64,000 bases of DNA from Hypanus sabinus (taxonomy: Eukaryota). Under the pieces are notes generated by a model that had not been told where the DNA came from, did not search any database, and saw nothing but the letters and a program-made list of their open reading frames with translations. The stretch covers positions 77,314,001 through 77,378,000 of the forward strand of contig NC_082711.1 in the NCBI RefSeq assembly GCF_030144855.1, given 5' to 3'. The translations under genes and the position numbers were made by a program. The number at the start of each line of letters is the position of its first letter. Position 1 is the first letter of the stretch. Below are positions 25,035 to 37,900 of the stretch, in pieces.

Positions 25035-28000
25035 GACCATAAGTCAAAGGAGCAGAATTAGGCTATCCAGCCCATTGAGTCTGCTCCACCATTCCATCAT
25101 TGCTGATCCCGGATCCCACTCAACCCCATGCACCTGCCTTCTCGCCATATCCTTTGATGCCCTGACCGATCAAGAAACAATCAATATCCAGCTTAAATAT
25201 ATGCACGGACTTGGTCTCCACCATAGTCTGTAGCAGAGCATTCCACAGATTTACTACTCTCTGGCTAAAAAAATTCCTCTTTATCTCTGTTCTAAAGGGA
25301 TTCAAAATTGTTCTCAATTTTGAGACTGTGTCCTTTAGTTCTGAATACCCTTACCATAGGAAACATCCTCTCTACATCCACTCTATCTAGTCCTTTCAAT
25401 ATTCGATAGGTTTCAATGAGATCCCCCACCCACCCCCGCATTATAGACAATAGAGAGTAGGTGCAGGAGTAGGCCATTCGGCCCTTCTAGCCAGCACCGC
25501 CATTCGCTGTGATCATGACTGATCATACACAATCAGTATCCTGTTCCTGCCCTCTCCCCATATCCCTTGACTCCGCTATTTATAAGAGCTCTATCTAATT
25601 CTCTCTTGAATGCATCCAGAGACTTGGCCTCCACTGCCCTCTGGGTGAAAAAGTTTTTCCACATCTCTGTTCTAAATGGCCTACCCCTTATTCTTAAACT
25701 GTGGCCTCTAGTTCTGGACTCACCCATCAGCAGGAACATGCTTCCTGCCTCCAGTGTGTCCAATCCCTTAATAATCTTATATGTTTCAATCAGATCCCCT
25801 CTCATCCTTCTAAATTCCAGTGTATACAAGCCCAGTCGCTCCAATCTTTCAACATATGACAGTCCCGCCATTCCGGGAATTAACCTTGTGAACCTACGCT
25901 GCACTCCCTCAATAGCAAGAATGACCTTCCTCAAATTTGGAGACCAAAACTGCACACAATACTCCAGGTGGGGTCTCACCAGGGCCCTGTACAGCTGCAG
26001 AAGTACCTCTTTACTCCTATACTCAATTCCTCTTGTTATAAAAGCCAGCATGCCATTAGCTTTCTTCACTGCCTGCTGTACCTGCATGCTTGCTTTCATT
26101 GACTGATGTACAAGAACACCTAGATCTCATTGTACTTCCCTTTTTCCTAACTTGACTCCATTTAGATGGTAATCTGCCTTCCTGTTCTTGCCACCAAAGT
26201 GGATAACCTCACATTTATCCACATTAAACTGCACCTGCCATACATTTGCCCACTCACCCAACCTGTCCAAGTCACCCTGCATTCTCATAACATCCTCCTG
26301 ACATTTCACACTACCACCCAGCTTTGTGTCATCAGCAAATTTGCTAATGTTACTTTTAATCCCTTCATCTAAATCATTAACGTATATTGTAAACAGCTGC
26401 AGTCCCAGCACCGAACCTTGCGGTACCCCACTGGTCACAGTATGCCATTCCGAAAGGGACCCGTTAATCACTACTCTTTGTTTCCTGTCAGCCAGCCAAT
26501 TTTCAATCCATGTCAGTACTCTGCCCACAATACCATGTGCCCTAATTTTGCCCACTAATCTCCTATGTGGGACTTTATCAAAAGCTTTCTGGAAGTCCAG
26601 GTACACTACATCCCCTGGCTCTCCCTTGTCCATTTTCATAGTTACATCCTCAAAAAGCTCCAGAAGATTAATCAAGCATGACTTTCCCTTCATAAATCCA
26701 TGCTGACTTGAACTGATCCTTCTACTGCTATCTAAATGTGTTGTAATTTCCTCTTTTATAATTGACTCCAGCATCTTTCCGACCACTGATGTCAGGCTAA
26801 TCGGTCTATAATTCCCTGTTTTCTCTCTCCCTCCTTTCTTGAAAAGTGGGACAATATTAGCCACCCTCCAGTCTGCAGGAACTGTTCCTGAATCTATAGA
26901 ACATTGGAAAATGATTACCAATGCATCCACGATTTCTAGAGCCACCTCTTTAAGTACTCTGGGATGCAGACCATCAGGTCCCGGGGACTTAACAGCCTTC
27001 AGACTCAACAGTCTATCCAACACTGTTTCTTGCCTAATATGAATTCTTCCTAAAGCTGCAAAACGTGCCTCATATGTTAACCCCTTCATTCTGGGAATCA
27101 TTCTCGTGAACCTCCTCTGGACTCTCTCCAGTGATGACACATCCTTTCTGAGATGTGGGGCTCAAAACTGTTGACAATACTCCAAGTGCGGCCTGACTAG
27201 TGTCTTATAAAGGCTCAGCATCATCTCCTTGCATCTATATTCTATTCCCCTTGAAATAAATACCAACATTGTATTTGCCTTCTTTACCTCAGACTCATCT
27301 TGTAAATTAAACTTCTGGGAGTCTTGCACGAGGTCTCCTAAGTCCCTCTGCATCTCTGATGTTGGAACCTTCTCCCCATTTAGATAATAGTCCAAACTAC
27401 TGTTCCTTTTCCCCAAATACCAAACAACTGTATTCCATCTGCCATTTATTTGCCCATTCTTCCAATTTGTCCTACTGCAATCGGATTGCTTTGTCAGCAC
27501 CACCTAACCCTCCACCTACCTTTGTATCATCCACAAACTTTGCCACAAAGCCATCAATTCCATTATCTAAATCATTGGCAAACAATGTGAAAAGCAGCAG
27601 TCCCAATACTGACCCTTGAGGAACAGCACTAGTCACTGGCAGCCAACCAGAAAAGACCCCTTTAATTCTCACTTGCTGTCTTCTGCCTGGCAGCCATTCC
27701 ACTATCCATGCCAATATCTTTCCTATAACGCCATAGGATTTTATCTTGTTAAGCAGCCTCATGTGTGGCACGTTATCAAACACCTTCTGAAAATCCAAGT
27801 AAATGGCACCCACTGCCTCTCCAATATCCACTCTGCTTGTTACTTCCTTGAAGAACTCTAACAGATTTGACAGGCAGATTTCTCTTCACAGAAACCATGC
27901 TGACTTTGAGACTTATTTTATCACTAAACTCCAAGTACCTCAAAACCTCATCCTTAATAATAGATTACAACATTTTCCCAACCATTAAAACTGGCCTATA

Positions 28001-29070
28001 ATTTCCTTTCTTTTGCCTTCCTCCCTTCTTAAAGAGTGGAGTGACATTTGCAATCTTACAGTCAACTGAATCAAGTGCCAGAATCAAGTGATTCTTGAAA
28101 AATCATGACCAATGCATCCGTATCTCTTCAGGAGACTCTCTCAGTACTCTGGGATGTAGTCCATCTAGCCCAGGTGACCTTTGAGTTTGCCCAGCACTTT
28201 TTCCTTTGTAATAGAAATGGTACCCACTCCTACCTTCTGACACTCATGGACCTCTGCACACAGCTGGTGTCTTCCACAGTGAAGGCAGATGCAAAATACC
28301 CATTAAGTTCATCTGCCATTTCTTTGTCCCCCCATTACTACCTCATCAGCAACATTTTCCAGTGGTCAAATATCAACTCTCACCTCCCTTTTACTTTAGT
28401 ATCCTGCTTTATCTCATTGGCTAGTCTCTCCTCATATTTAATTTTTTTCCCTTCTGACAGCTTTTTTATCTGCCTTTCATTGGATTGTAAAACCTTCCCA
28501 ATCATCCAACTTTCCACTCACTTTTGCAACCTTATATGTCCTTTCCTTGGGTTTTATGCAGACCTTAACTTCCTTTGTCAGCCACAGTTGTCTACCCTTG
28601 CCTTCTGAGAACTTCTTCCTCTGCTGGACATATCCTTCCTGTGCCTTGTGAACTATTCTTAAAAACTTCAGCCATCTCTGTTCTGCTGTCATCATCTCCA
28701 CCAGTATCCTCCTCCAATCTACCTGGGCTAGCTCTTCTCTCATGCCTCTGTAATTCCCTTTATTCCCTTGCAATACTGATACATGTGAGTTATGTTTCTC
28801 CCTCTCAAGTTGCAGTATGAGTTCAATCACATTATGATCACTGCCTCCTAAGGGTTCCGTTGGGTTACGATCCCTCATAATATCTGGGCTATTACTCAAC
28901 ACCCAATCTAAGATAGTCTTTCCCCAAGTAGGCTCAAGTGCAAGCTGCTCAAAAAAGCCATCCCATAGGCATTTAACAAATTCTTTCTCTTGTAATCCAA
29001 CACCAACCTGATTTTCCCAATCCCCTTGCATGCTGAAGTCCTCCATTATAATGGTGTCATTACCTTTATT
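25035..29070 (-). mobile_element. Older CR1-clade LINE (host of the nested copy), endonuclease end to 3' tail, many stops
   Basis: PLGGSDHNVI (APE end), YLDFQKVFD, FVDDTKV, LVRPHLEYC; split at 25442/27046. Confidence 0.92.
25443..27045 (-). mobile_element. Young CR1-clade LINE (5'-truncated RT and 3' end) nested in an older CR1
   Basis: KSPGPDGLHPRVLKE, NYRPISLTS, YLDFQKAFDKV, SGVPQGSVLG, KFADDTKL; one in-frame TGA at 26127-26129 between ORFs 26127..27140 and 25533..26099. Confidence 0.95.
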
Positions 29071-31119
29071 ACATTGAGAACCTCCAGACTATATGCTGAA
29101 AGCACATAAAGACCCAGTAGAAGCTGAAAAACCATCAGACTATACAACAAACCACCCATCTGCCCAATCTGCAGAATGGTCAGAAGTTCCCACATTAGCC
29201 TCATTACCCACCTGAAAACTCACAAAACTGTAATGAAAGTAGTCGTTCTCGATCCCAAGTGACAGTCTGTAGAAATTATATATACTGTTCCAATTAAGAA
29301 GTTCTATGCATTCTTAATCTTTTAAAAGTACAAATGTTGCTTTGCATTACGACAGGTCAAGCTACTGCAGTAGCCTTCATACCCTCTACCTCACCCGCCC
29401 AGCTCCTCTTCACCTGGTCTCACCTATCCCCTGCCAGCATGTAATGCTTTCCCCTTTCTCTACCTTCTTATTCTGGTTTCTGTCCTCTTCCCTTCCTGTC
29501 TTGATGAAAAGTATCGATCTGAGACATCAACTGTTTATTCTTCTCCATGGATGCTATCCGACTTGATGAGTTCCTCCAGTATTTTGTGCGTGTTGATCCA
29601 GATTTCCAGTACCTGCAGACATTTCATGTGTTTATGCAGTAACCTTCATGATTTATTCTGCCACCTACTGGTAAAGTGCTAACATACCTACAATCCTTTT
29701 GATGGGCAAGAGCACAAACATTTTATGAATGAAACATTGTTCCCTTGATAAAAACCAATTGTATGCTCATGTGAATCATCTTCAGGTTCCTGGTTAAACC
29801 CTGGCTTCCTGACAGAAAAAATGCTAACATAGTTACTGCACTTAAATGTCCGTCTTGAAATAATATGAAGGCAATAAATTTACACAACATGTTCCGGGGG
29901 GTGTGGGTGTGGGAGTGCTGCTAATGGGCAACATTAAAAGGGATTTAAAAAAAGGCCTTTTTGGCATCTCTTCTATGTGATAATTTACTTAAAAATGTTC
30001 TTTCTTTTCAAGAATATCTGCAAAACAATTGAATGTTCCTTGTCATTCTCTGAAAACTACTTCAGAGTAACTTGAAGATAATTAATGAATCAAATCTTTG
30101 GTATAAATGAGAAGTTAATTGTTCAAAACTAAAATACTGCAGATGCAAGATATCTGAAAAAACAAACTAAATGCTAGCTCTGTAGGTCAGGCTGCACATG
30201 TGGAAAGAGAAATGGAGTTAATGCTTCCCAATGAAGATCCTTCTTTGAACTGGGAAAGCGTGGAAATAAGTTTTCGTTTGCCGGTTGGGGAGGAATGGGC
30301 AGGACAAAGGGATTTTGGCAAAGGGAGATATAAAGGACGTACTTTTTGTCCTGCCTAATCTGCATTCCCCCCACACCACCCACCATCACCAGTGCAACTT
30401 GAACTAACCTGTTTTCTCAAATTCCTGGAGAATTATAAGCAGAATTCTCATTCTATTCTGTGTACATTTAACTTGGAATTAAGAAAGATGCTGTCAATAA
30501 TCTTGTGAATATGTAGTAGGACTACTACACTACTTATTTCATATTACAACATTTCTGCAGACATGGGAGAAAACTTGATTGCAATGTACTTTAAGTAAAC
30601 AAAAATTTATTTCATTTATGCTATTTCTTAATGACTAAAAGTAACTTTGCAAAATACTTTGGACCACCATTAGTTCAACATAAGGCACCATTTCATTCTA
30701 ATGCCTGACAGATTGTTGGAGGCATAAGGGACTGCAGATGTTGGAATGTTGAGCAAAAGGCAAAAGTGCTGGAAGAGCTCAGTTAGTTTGCAACTGTGGA
30801 TACAAAGGGATAGTCAACATTTTGGGTCTTGACTTTGCATCAGGACTGTGAATGGAGAGGGAAAACATCTAATATATAGAGGAGAGAGGGAGGGGTGAGA
30901 CAGGTGATAGGTGAGGTGGGAAATGATGGATAGATGGAGGCAGATGAGGGAGAGAGGAAGGAGTTTGGAGACAGAGGCTGATGTGTAATGGTTGGAAACA
31001 AATAAGAAAGTGAAAAGAAGCTGTCCTTGTGTCTCTCCCCAGCTCTTACTGCAGTATGTCAGTGACTGAAATCATGAACCACCAGACACAAGGACAGCTT
31101 CTACTCTACTATTATATGA

Positions 31120-32200
31120 CTACTGAATCAGAATCAAGGCTAATATCAATGGCACATGTCATGAAATTTGTTGTTTTGTGGCAGCAGTGCATTGCCATAC
31201 ATAATAATAAAAAACAAAAAATTATAGTAAGAAATATATATGTAAAATATTAAATTACATAAATAGTGGAAAAAGAGAGCCAAAAAAAGAAAAAAAATGT
31301 GACGTAGTGCACATGAGTTCATTGTCCATTCAGAAGTTTGGTGGCAAAGGGGAAGAAGCTGTTCCTGAAATGTTGAGTATGTGTCTTCAGGTTCCTCTAT
31401 TTCCTTCTTAATGGTGGCAATGAGAAGAGGGCACGTCCTGGATGATAGAAGTCCTTAATGATGGATGCTCCCTTTCTGAGGAATTGCCTTTTGAAGGTAA
31501 TCTTAATGTTGAGGAGGCTAGTGCCCATGACGGAGCTGACTGTGTTAACAACATTTTTGCAGCTTTTTCCAATCCTGAGCAGTGTGCCCTCCATAACAGA
31601 AGGTGATGCAACCACTCAGAAGGCTCTCCAAGTTACACCTGTAGAAACTCGTGAGAATCTCTGTTGACATACCAAGAGTCCTCAAGCTCCTAATGAAATA
31701 TAGCCGCTGTCATGCTTTCATTGTAATTGCATCAAAATGTTGGGCCTACGATAGATCTTCAGAGATGTCGACACCCTGAATTTGAAACTGTTGACCCCTT
31801 CCACTACTGATCCATCAGTTTGCCCTTCCTGAAGACCAATTTCTTGGCCTTACTGGCATTGAGTGCAATGTTATCATTGTGACACGACTCAACCAGCCGA
31901 TCTATATCGCTCTTGTAGGCGTCCTCATCACAATCTAGAATTCTGCCAACAATAATGGTGATATTGGCAAATCTATAGATGGTATTCAAGCTGTGCCTAG
32001 CCACACAGTCGAGGATGTAAAGAGAGTAAAGCAGTGGGATAAGAATGCATCCTTGAAGTGCCCCAGTGTTGATTGTCAGTGAGGAGGAGATGTTATTTCT
32101 GATCCACACCGACTGTGGTCTCTCGATGAGAAAGTGAAAGACCCAGTTGGAGAGGGAGGTACAAAGGCGCAGGATTAAGAGTTTGTTCATTAGGACTGAG
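31120..32200 (-). mobile_element. Rex-Babar LINE 3' portion
   Basis: NTGALQGCILIPLLYSLY; IIKDFYHPGRALFSLPP; (TCTGAT)-type tail. Confidence 0.88.
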
Positions 32201-32529
32201 CGTATAATGCAACCACTGGGCTGCAATCCATGCACCACAGTAGCATAGGGGTTATCATGATGCTATTAAGGGTTGCGGCATTCCAGAGTCAGAGTTCAAT
32301 TCCAGCACTGTCTTGTAACAAGTCTCTGTCCATCCTGTGTGGGTTGTCCATGGGTGTTCCAGTTTCCTCCCACAGTCTAAAGACATACCAGGTAGGTTAA
32401 CTGGTCATTGTAAATTGTCCTGTGATTAGATTAGGGTTAATTGGGGTTGTGGGGTTGCTGGGGCAGCATGGCTTAAAGTCCCAGAGAGGTTTACTCCACA
32501 CTGTGTCACTAGCAAGTAAATGAATGAAC

Positions 32530-35050
32530 AGCAGCCTGACATAGGTATTGCTGTTGTCCGGGTGATCCAAGGCCGGACATGCTGTTTCTGGGTACGCAGT
32601 AGAGCATCTCCAAATGCGCTTGTAGTGTTGACTCAGCTGATCAACAGCAAGAACGCCCACATCAATCTCCTGGTCAGGGAAGAGCAGTGGCTGGAATCCC
32701 TTCTGGCATTCAATGGCAACATACCCACAGAGGACAACTGGAAGTTAGTGTGGGCAATCTCTGCCCAAACCAATTGGGAGTTCCAGGACAAGGGTTAGAA
32801 GGAAAAAAGCAGCACAGGGTTATCTCCAACTCCTGATTCACTCACTCAGTCTGGCCATTAGATTGGGGGTGGAAGCCAGAAGAGAGGCTGGCCATGGCTC
32901 CAACAAGGAGAAAGCCTTCCAAAAGCGTGAAGTGAACTGTGGTCCACAATCCGACACTATGTCTTGAGGGAAGCTGTGGACCCTGAACACATTGAACCAT
33001 GAGGGTGGCAGTCTCACGAGTCAGCAGGAGCTTAGGGAGGGCAATAAGTGGGCAACCTTTGAGAATCGATTCACAATGACCAGAATGGTAGTGTTTCCAT
33101 TAGATGGGGGCAGCCGAGTTAAGAAATCCAGTGAGAGATGGGACTGGGGCGGCGGGGCACAGGCAGTGGATGTTGCAGACCTGCAGGACGCTGCTGTGAC
33201 CATCTTGCTCTGAACACAGGTGGGACAGGCAGATATGAAGTGTGAACATCCTGGGACATAGGTGGCCACCAAAATTGTCTCCACATTGGCCATATGACTG
33301 TGCCATGGACTCTATTACAGGGTTCCTCCGTGGACTGGGTGCTGGGTGATGAGGGAGAGGGCAAGGAAAGACTGTGATCAGATGGCGTGTATGCAGCTTG
33401 AGACATCCTTTCTCTGTGTCAATCAGTTTCTCAGTCGTCAACTCGAATAGCCAGATTAATTGGGTCATCCAGACTATCCTGCCTGTTAGGAACACAATCG
33501 CATGCTGGACCCCTAAGTCTGCACTAGATGGCAGTAATGAGGGATCTCTCATTCCATCCCATCCCTACTGCAAGTGTGCGAAATTTGACCACTTCAGCCC
33601 TCATTGTTCCTCTGCCTTGGCGCAGATCCAAGAGTTGGTGGACATCCTCCTGATTCAAAGGTACATTTAAGGTCAGAGAAATGTATACAATTCTTTTTCT
33701 TCTCAAACATCCATGAAAACAGGGGAGTGCCCCAAAGGATGAATGACAGTTAAATGTTAGAGCCCCAAAGCCTCCCAGCTACCCCTCACACACATAAGCA
33801 GCAGCAAAGCATCAATAAAGACACAGATTTGCAATACACCAAAGACTACTTGTTAACCCAGTAATTCGATGTCCAACAGGCTCTCTCTCTCCCTAATAAG
33901 GGAAAAAATGGTCTGGTCTCCATTTCACAACAAGAGGGGAGACATAACAAACAACTCACTGATTTACGACATTAAAAGTTCGTTGTATTGCTTTTTCCGA
34001 ACTCTGTGCCCAAAGAACTTGGGTCTCTGGGCACACTGCCAGAGATTTTCTATCTCCAGCGACACACCGATTTCCTACAGAGGCTCTGACCTCGAGTCCG
34101 CCCGCCTCCAGAGCCATGAAATCCTGAAACCCTGAGGGTGAGGTAATCTTCTGGGCCACGTCCTTGGTATATCGAATAATGGGCAGTTGTGAGACCCCTA
34201 GAGCAGGTCCCATTCCCGCAAAGAACTAAAGTCAGAGTGTAACTCCAGGTCAGGGTCTTCAAAAGAACCCTGAAAGGGAAAAATAGAGATATTGAAGATA
34301 GAAATAGAGCTGTTTCCTAAGATGCAAGCAAAGGAGTCGCCGTCAGGTGCCATTGACTCCTAAGCTCCACCCTTTCCAATCCATACTGGAAGGTCAAAAC
34401 CCTCCTTAACTCTGCAATGAAATGTCAGAATGACTGGGTTGTGGGTTACCCTTGGCACTGTAAAGTGTTGAACAGGCTGAGTGGAGGTCCATCTAGGAAA
34501 TTGACCATGTACAGACATCATCACCAAAACGACCAGGCTGGGCTTGAAATGTTAGCTTGCATTGGGGAATAAAATTCCTGCGGCCATCGGAATGACCATA
34601 GTATCTGCCCGGTAGTGAAATACTCGGTTCTTGCACAGGTGTCGGAGTGGGAGCATTAGTGGCAGAGGTTGTAGGGACAGCAGAAAAGGAGGAACTGCAA
34701 GATGCTGGGAGAGGGACAGACGTGGCCAGAGGTGGCTGAAATACGTTGGCGAGGATGCTAATGGCTGTCAGCTGACATTGGCTGCTTGGAGTGAGTTTGT
34801 GGACAGCGGCTTGTGCGTGGAAATCGCAGACACCTGACTCCAATTGTCTGCAGTTGCTGGGAGGGATGATACCCATTCCTCCAGATGAGACGGAGCTTGT
34901 TGCTACAAGATTATCTGCCTATTGTTTCAGTAACTTCACCAGAACAGATTTAATTGCCTATAGCTTGTTCCCTACCTGACCAATGACTCTCAGGGCCAAG
35001 GTAAGCTGCTCTCTCTCTGCTGGGTCCATCTTTGAGTGGCCAAGACTGCC
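32530..35050 (-). mobile_element. Decayed Sushi/chromovirus-like Gypsy remnant (gag, partial RNaseH, integrase), split by a later insertion
   Basis: Gag start MDPAE; LPGRYYG..RNFIPQCKLTFQAQPGRF; LLDLRQG..KFRTLAVGMGWNE; [28 protein letters not shown]; [12 protein letters not shown]. Confidence 0.85.
33652..34370 (-). mobile_element. Non-autonomous ~0.7-kb retroelement, copy 2, inserted in Gypsy gag
   Basis: Shares the GAAGACCCTGACCTGGAGTTACAC...GCGGGAATGGGACCTGCTC block and the tail with 3906-4727. Confidence 0.8.
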
Positions 35051-35849
35051 GTTACAGCCCAAGAGTGGAGAAAGACACTGAAACGGGTCGATCTGTGGGG
35101 GCGTGTAGACCCTGTAGCATAGTTGTGACACAGGTAGGAACCTCTGACAGCACTGACAGATTCAAGATATCCTTAAACACTCTGCCAGTTACATGGCACA
35201 GGGTTTCAGAGCTCTATCAGGGACTGATGCCCTGCGAGGGCTCAACTTCTTGAAAGTGTTCTGATGTCAGTCTTTGAGACAGAAATCAGAGGGTCATCAG
35301 ATGCTGCAAGGATTTGCACAGGTGTACATTTATTACCCCTTTCAAACTGTGAATAAAGGAGCCATTCATGATGTTAGGTTTCACCTTGTAGGAAGTAATG
35401 GCCTGCTAATCCTGCCAGAGCTGTCATGCATTCAATTCTGTCTCTAACTTCAGCTGGAGTTGTCATATAGTTTTGGATCACTGATCTAGAGTACCCCAGA
35501 TCTAGCATTCAGCATACTACAAATCTCGTGGTTCATCCACAGCTTTTGGTTTGGGTATGTCCGCTTATGTTCTCAAAAGCACACACTCACTGACATAAGT
35601 ATTGAAGTTTGACTGGTTCACTGGTACAGTAAGCTAGACTCTAGACCTCACAATTTACTTTATGATCTTGCACCTTATTATCTACCTGCGCAGCACCCTC
35701 TCTTTAGCTTTATTTTGCATGCTGTTACTGTTTTACCTGTACTACTGTGCAATGATTTGATCTGTATGTACATAAATGCATTTATGTACATACAGCTTTT
35801 CACTGTGATATAAGGCAAATTATCAATAGATAATTATCTTTTGCTATCT

Positions 35850-36500
35850 ACTGTCAACCCACTGACTTCCACAGCTCCCTCAACTACAACCCATCTACCT
35901 GTTCCTATAAGGATCCCTTTCTCTCAGTTTTCCTTTTTCTGCCACATCTGTTCCCAAGATGACACTTTCTGTTCCAGAACCTCTGAAATGTCCTCTATTT
36001 TCAGGATATTAGCTTTCCTTGTACTATAGTTGATGGGACCCTCACTTGCATTTCCCCTATTTACTATACATCTGCTCTCACCCCCTCCCTACAGGCAGAA
36101 CAATAACAGAGCTCCATAGTCCTTACCTTCTTGTTCACGAGCCTCCTCATCCGGCATCCAATCCTTCACCATTTCTGCCAGCTGCAGCAGGAACCCACCA
36201 GCAGGCATATCTTCCCCTCTCCCCCACTTTCTGCTTTCTGTGGGGACTACATTTTCTATGACTCCCTGGTCATCCATTCCTCCCCACCCTGCCCCCTGGC
36301 ACTCTCTCCTTCAAATGTAGGACATGCAACACCTATCTAGACACCTGGGGTTTCAACTTGAGGTCTACGAACCCCTTGCTTAATGGTATTGGTCCATGGC
36401 TCGAAAACGTTGGGGAGAAGTCCTGATGAAGGGTCAAGACTCAAAGCATCAACAATCTCCGTTCTTCTACAGGTGCTGCTTGACCCACTGACTTCCTCTT
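35850..36500 (+). mobile_element. Degenerate Penelope-like RT C-terminal fragment plus terminal repeat
   Basis: IPFSQF..CHICSQDDTFCSRTSEMSS peptide; CTGATGAAGGGTC at ~36423. Confidence 0.7.
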
Positions 36501-36651
36501 GTGGTTTGGCTTTTGCTGCCAAATTGATTGTCAGAAACCAGCAGTTCATTTGTTAATGTTGGGAATTATATGGAAGCCTATGACAATGATATTAATAATA
36601 AATGACTCATTAAAACATTGTACATACAGTAAATGTATACAGTGTGTACAT

Positions 36652-36731
36652 CAGGGGTCCCCAACCTGGGGTTCACGGACCCTTTGGTTAACGGTAAGGG
36701 CCCATGGCATTAAAATGGTTGGGAACCACTG
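36652..36731. mobile_element. 80-bp hAT-type MITE; older copy at ~36340-36415
   Basis: TIRs CAGGGGTCCCCAACC / GGTTGGGAACCACTG; 8-bp TSD GTGTACAT / GTGTACGT. Confidence 0.8.
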
Positions 36732-36809
36732 GTGTACGTTATGTACAAGTTGATTTCACCAGTTTTTCTGAAAGTCATACTAAGTTCACCAAAAAGGCAG
36801 GAGGTTTAT

Positions 36810-37900
36810 AAGAAATGGGAACAGAAGTATGTCATCCATACCGTTTAGCCTTCTACACCTTTTAATAACAAGATCATGGCTGATCCTCAGCATCAGTAAA
36901 ATTTTATAGCATAGTCATTGATTCCCTTCACAACCAGAAATCTAACAACCTTTGCACAGCCATCCACAGTGGAGAATTCCAAAGGTTCTCTTCCTCCTGA
37001 ATAAATAACTTTCTCCTCAGCTCAGTTCCAGACAAGCTGACCCTTATTCTGAGTTTGTGCCCTCAATCCTCCAGTCAGTCGAATCATTCTTTCTTCTAGT
37101 CTGTCAAGCCTGGTAACTTTTTGCTTTTCAATAAGATCTCTCATTCTCCAAAACTAGAGAATACAGCTTAGTTTACTCAATTTTCCCTGATATGGTAAAC
37201 CTGCTATTTATGGAATCCCATGTAGTGAATCTTGATTGCACTCCCCCGACGAAAAGCACATCCTCTCATAAGTAAAAGCAAAAATGCACACAATTTATTC
37301 TTCATAAAAGTATCATGCATTTGCAATAAGACTTTCTCATTCCTATATTTAAAAGCTCTTACAACAAAGGGTAATGCACTGCTTGTCCTCCAAATCATTT
37401 GCTACACTTGCATATTTTCCTTCCCTGACATCTACAAATATACAAACATCAAAACTGTCTCATCTCTCATATTTAAGAAATACTCTTCTTATGTACATCA
37501 AAGTGGATAATACCTTTTTTCATATTATATTTACCATGTTCTGTCCATCACTCAGCTATACTAAGATTTGCACATATTCCTCCTTATCATCTGGTATAGT
37601 ATCATCAGCAAAGCTGGCTATCTAACATTTGGTCCCTCAGACTAATTGTTAATCTATATTGTGAAAAACTGGGGCCCAGACACAAATTCCTGCCGTTTCC
37701 CACTAGTCATAGACTACCAATCTGCTTATTACAAATTTTAATTTTCCTGCAATAACCTATTTTTAATCATATATCTCCTGTTCTAAGTGCTCAAACCATT
37801 TGTGCTATATTTTATATAAGGCTTTCTGAACTCCCAAGCTCTACTGGTTCACTGTTATCTATCCTACTGCACTGAAATTCCACTAATCTAACATGGTCAA
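36810..37900 (-). mobile_element. Old CR1 fragment
   Basis: Antisense CR1 RT and 3' remnants (RAFKYRNEKVLLQM). Confidence 0.65.

Noticed and set aside
26127-27140. 337-aa RT ORF as a domesticated gene or retron-like system
   Set aside because: It is a chimera of two CR1 copies, truncated and ended by a premature stop.
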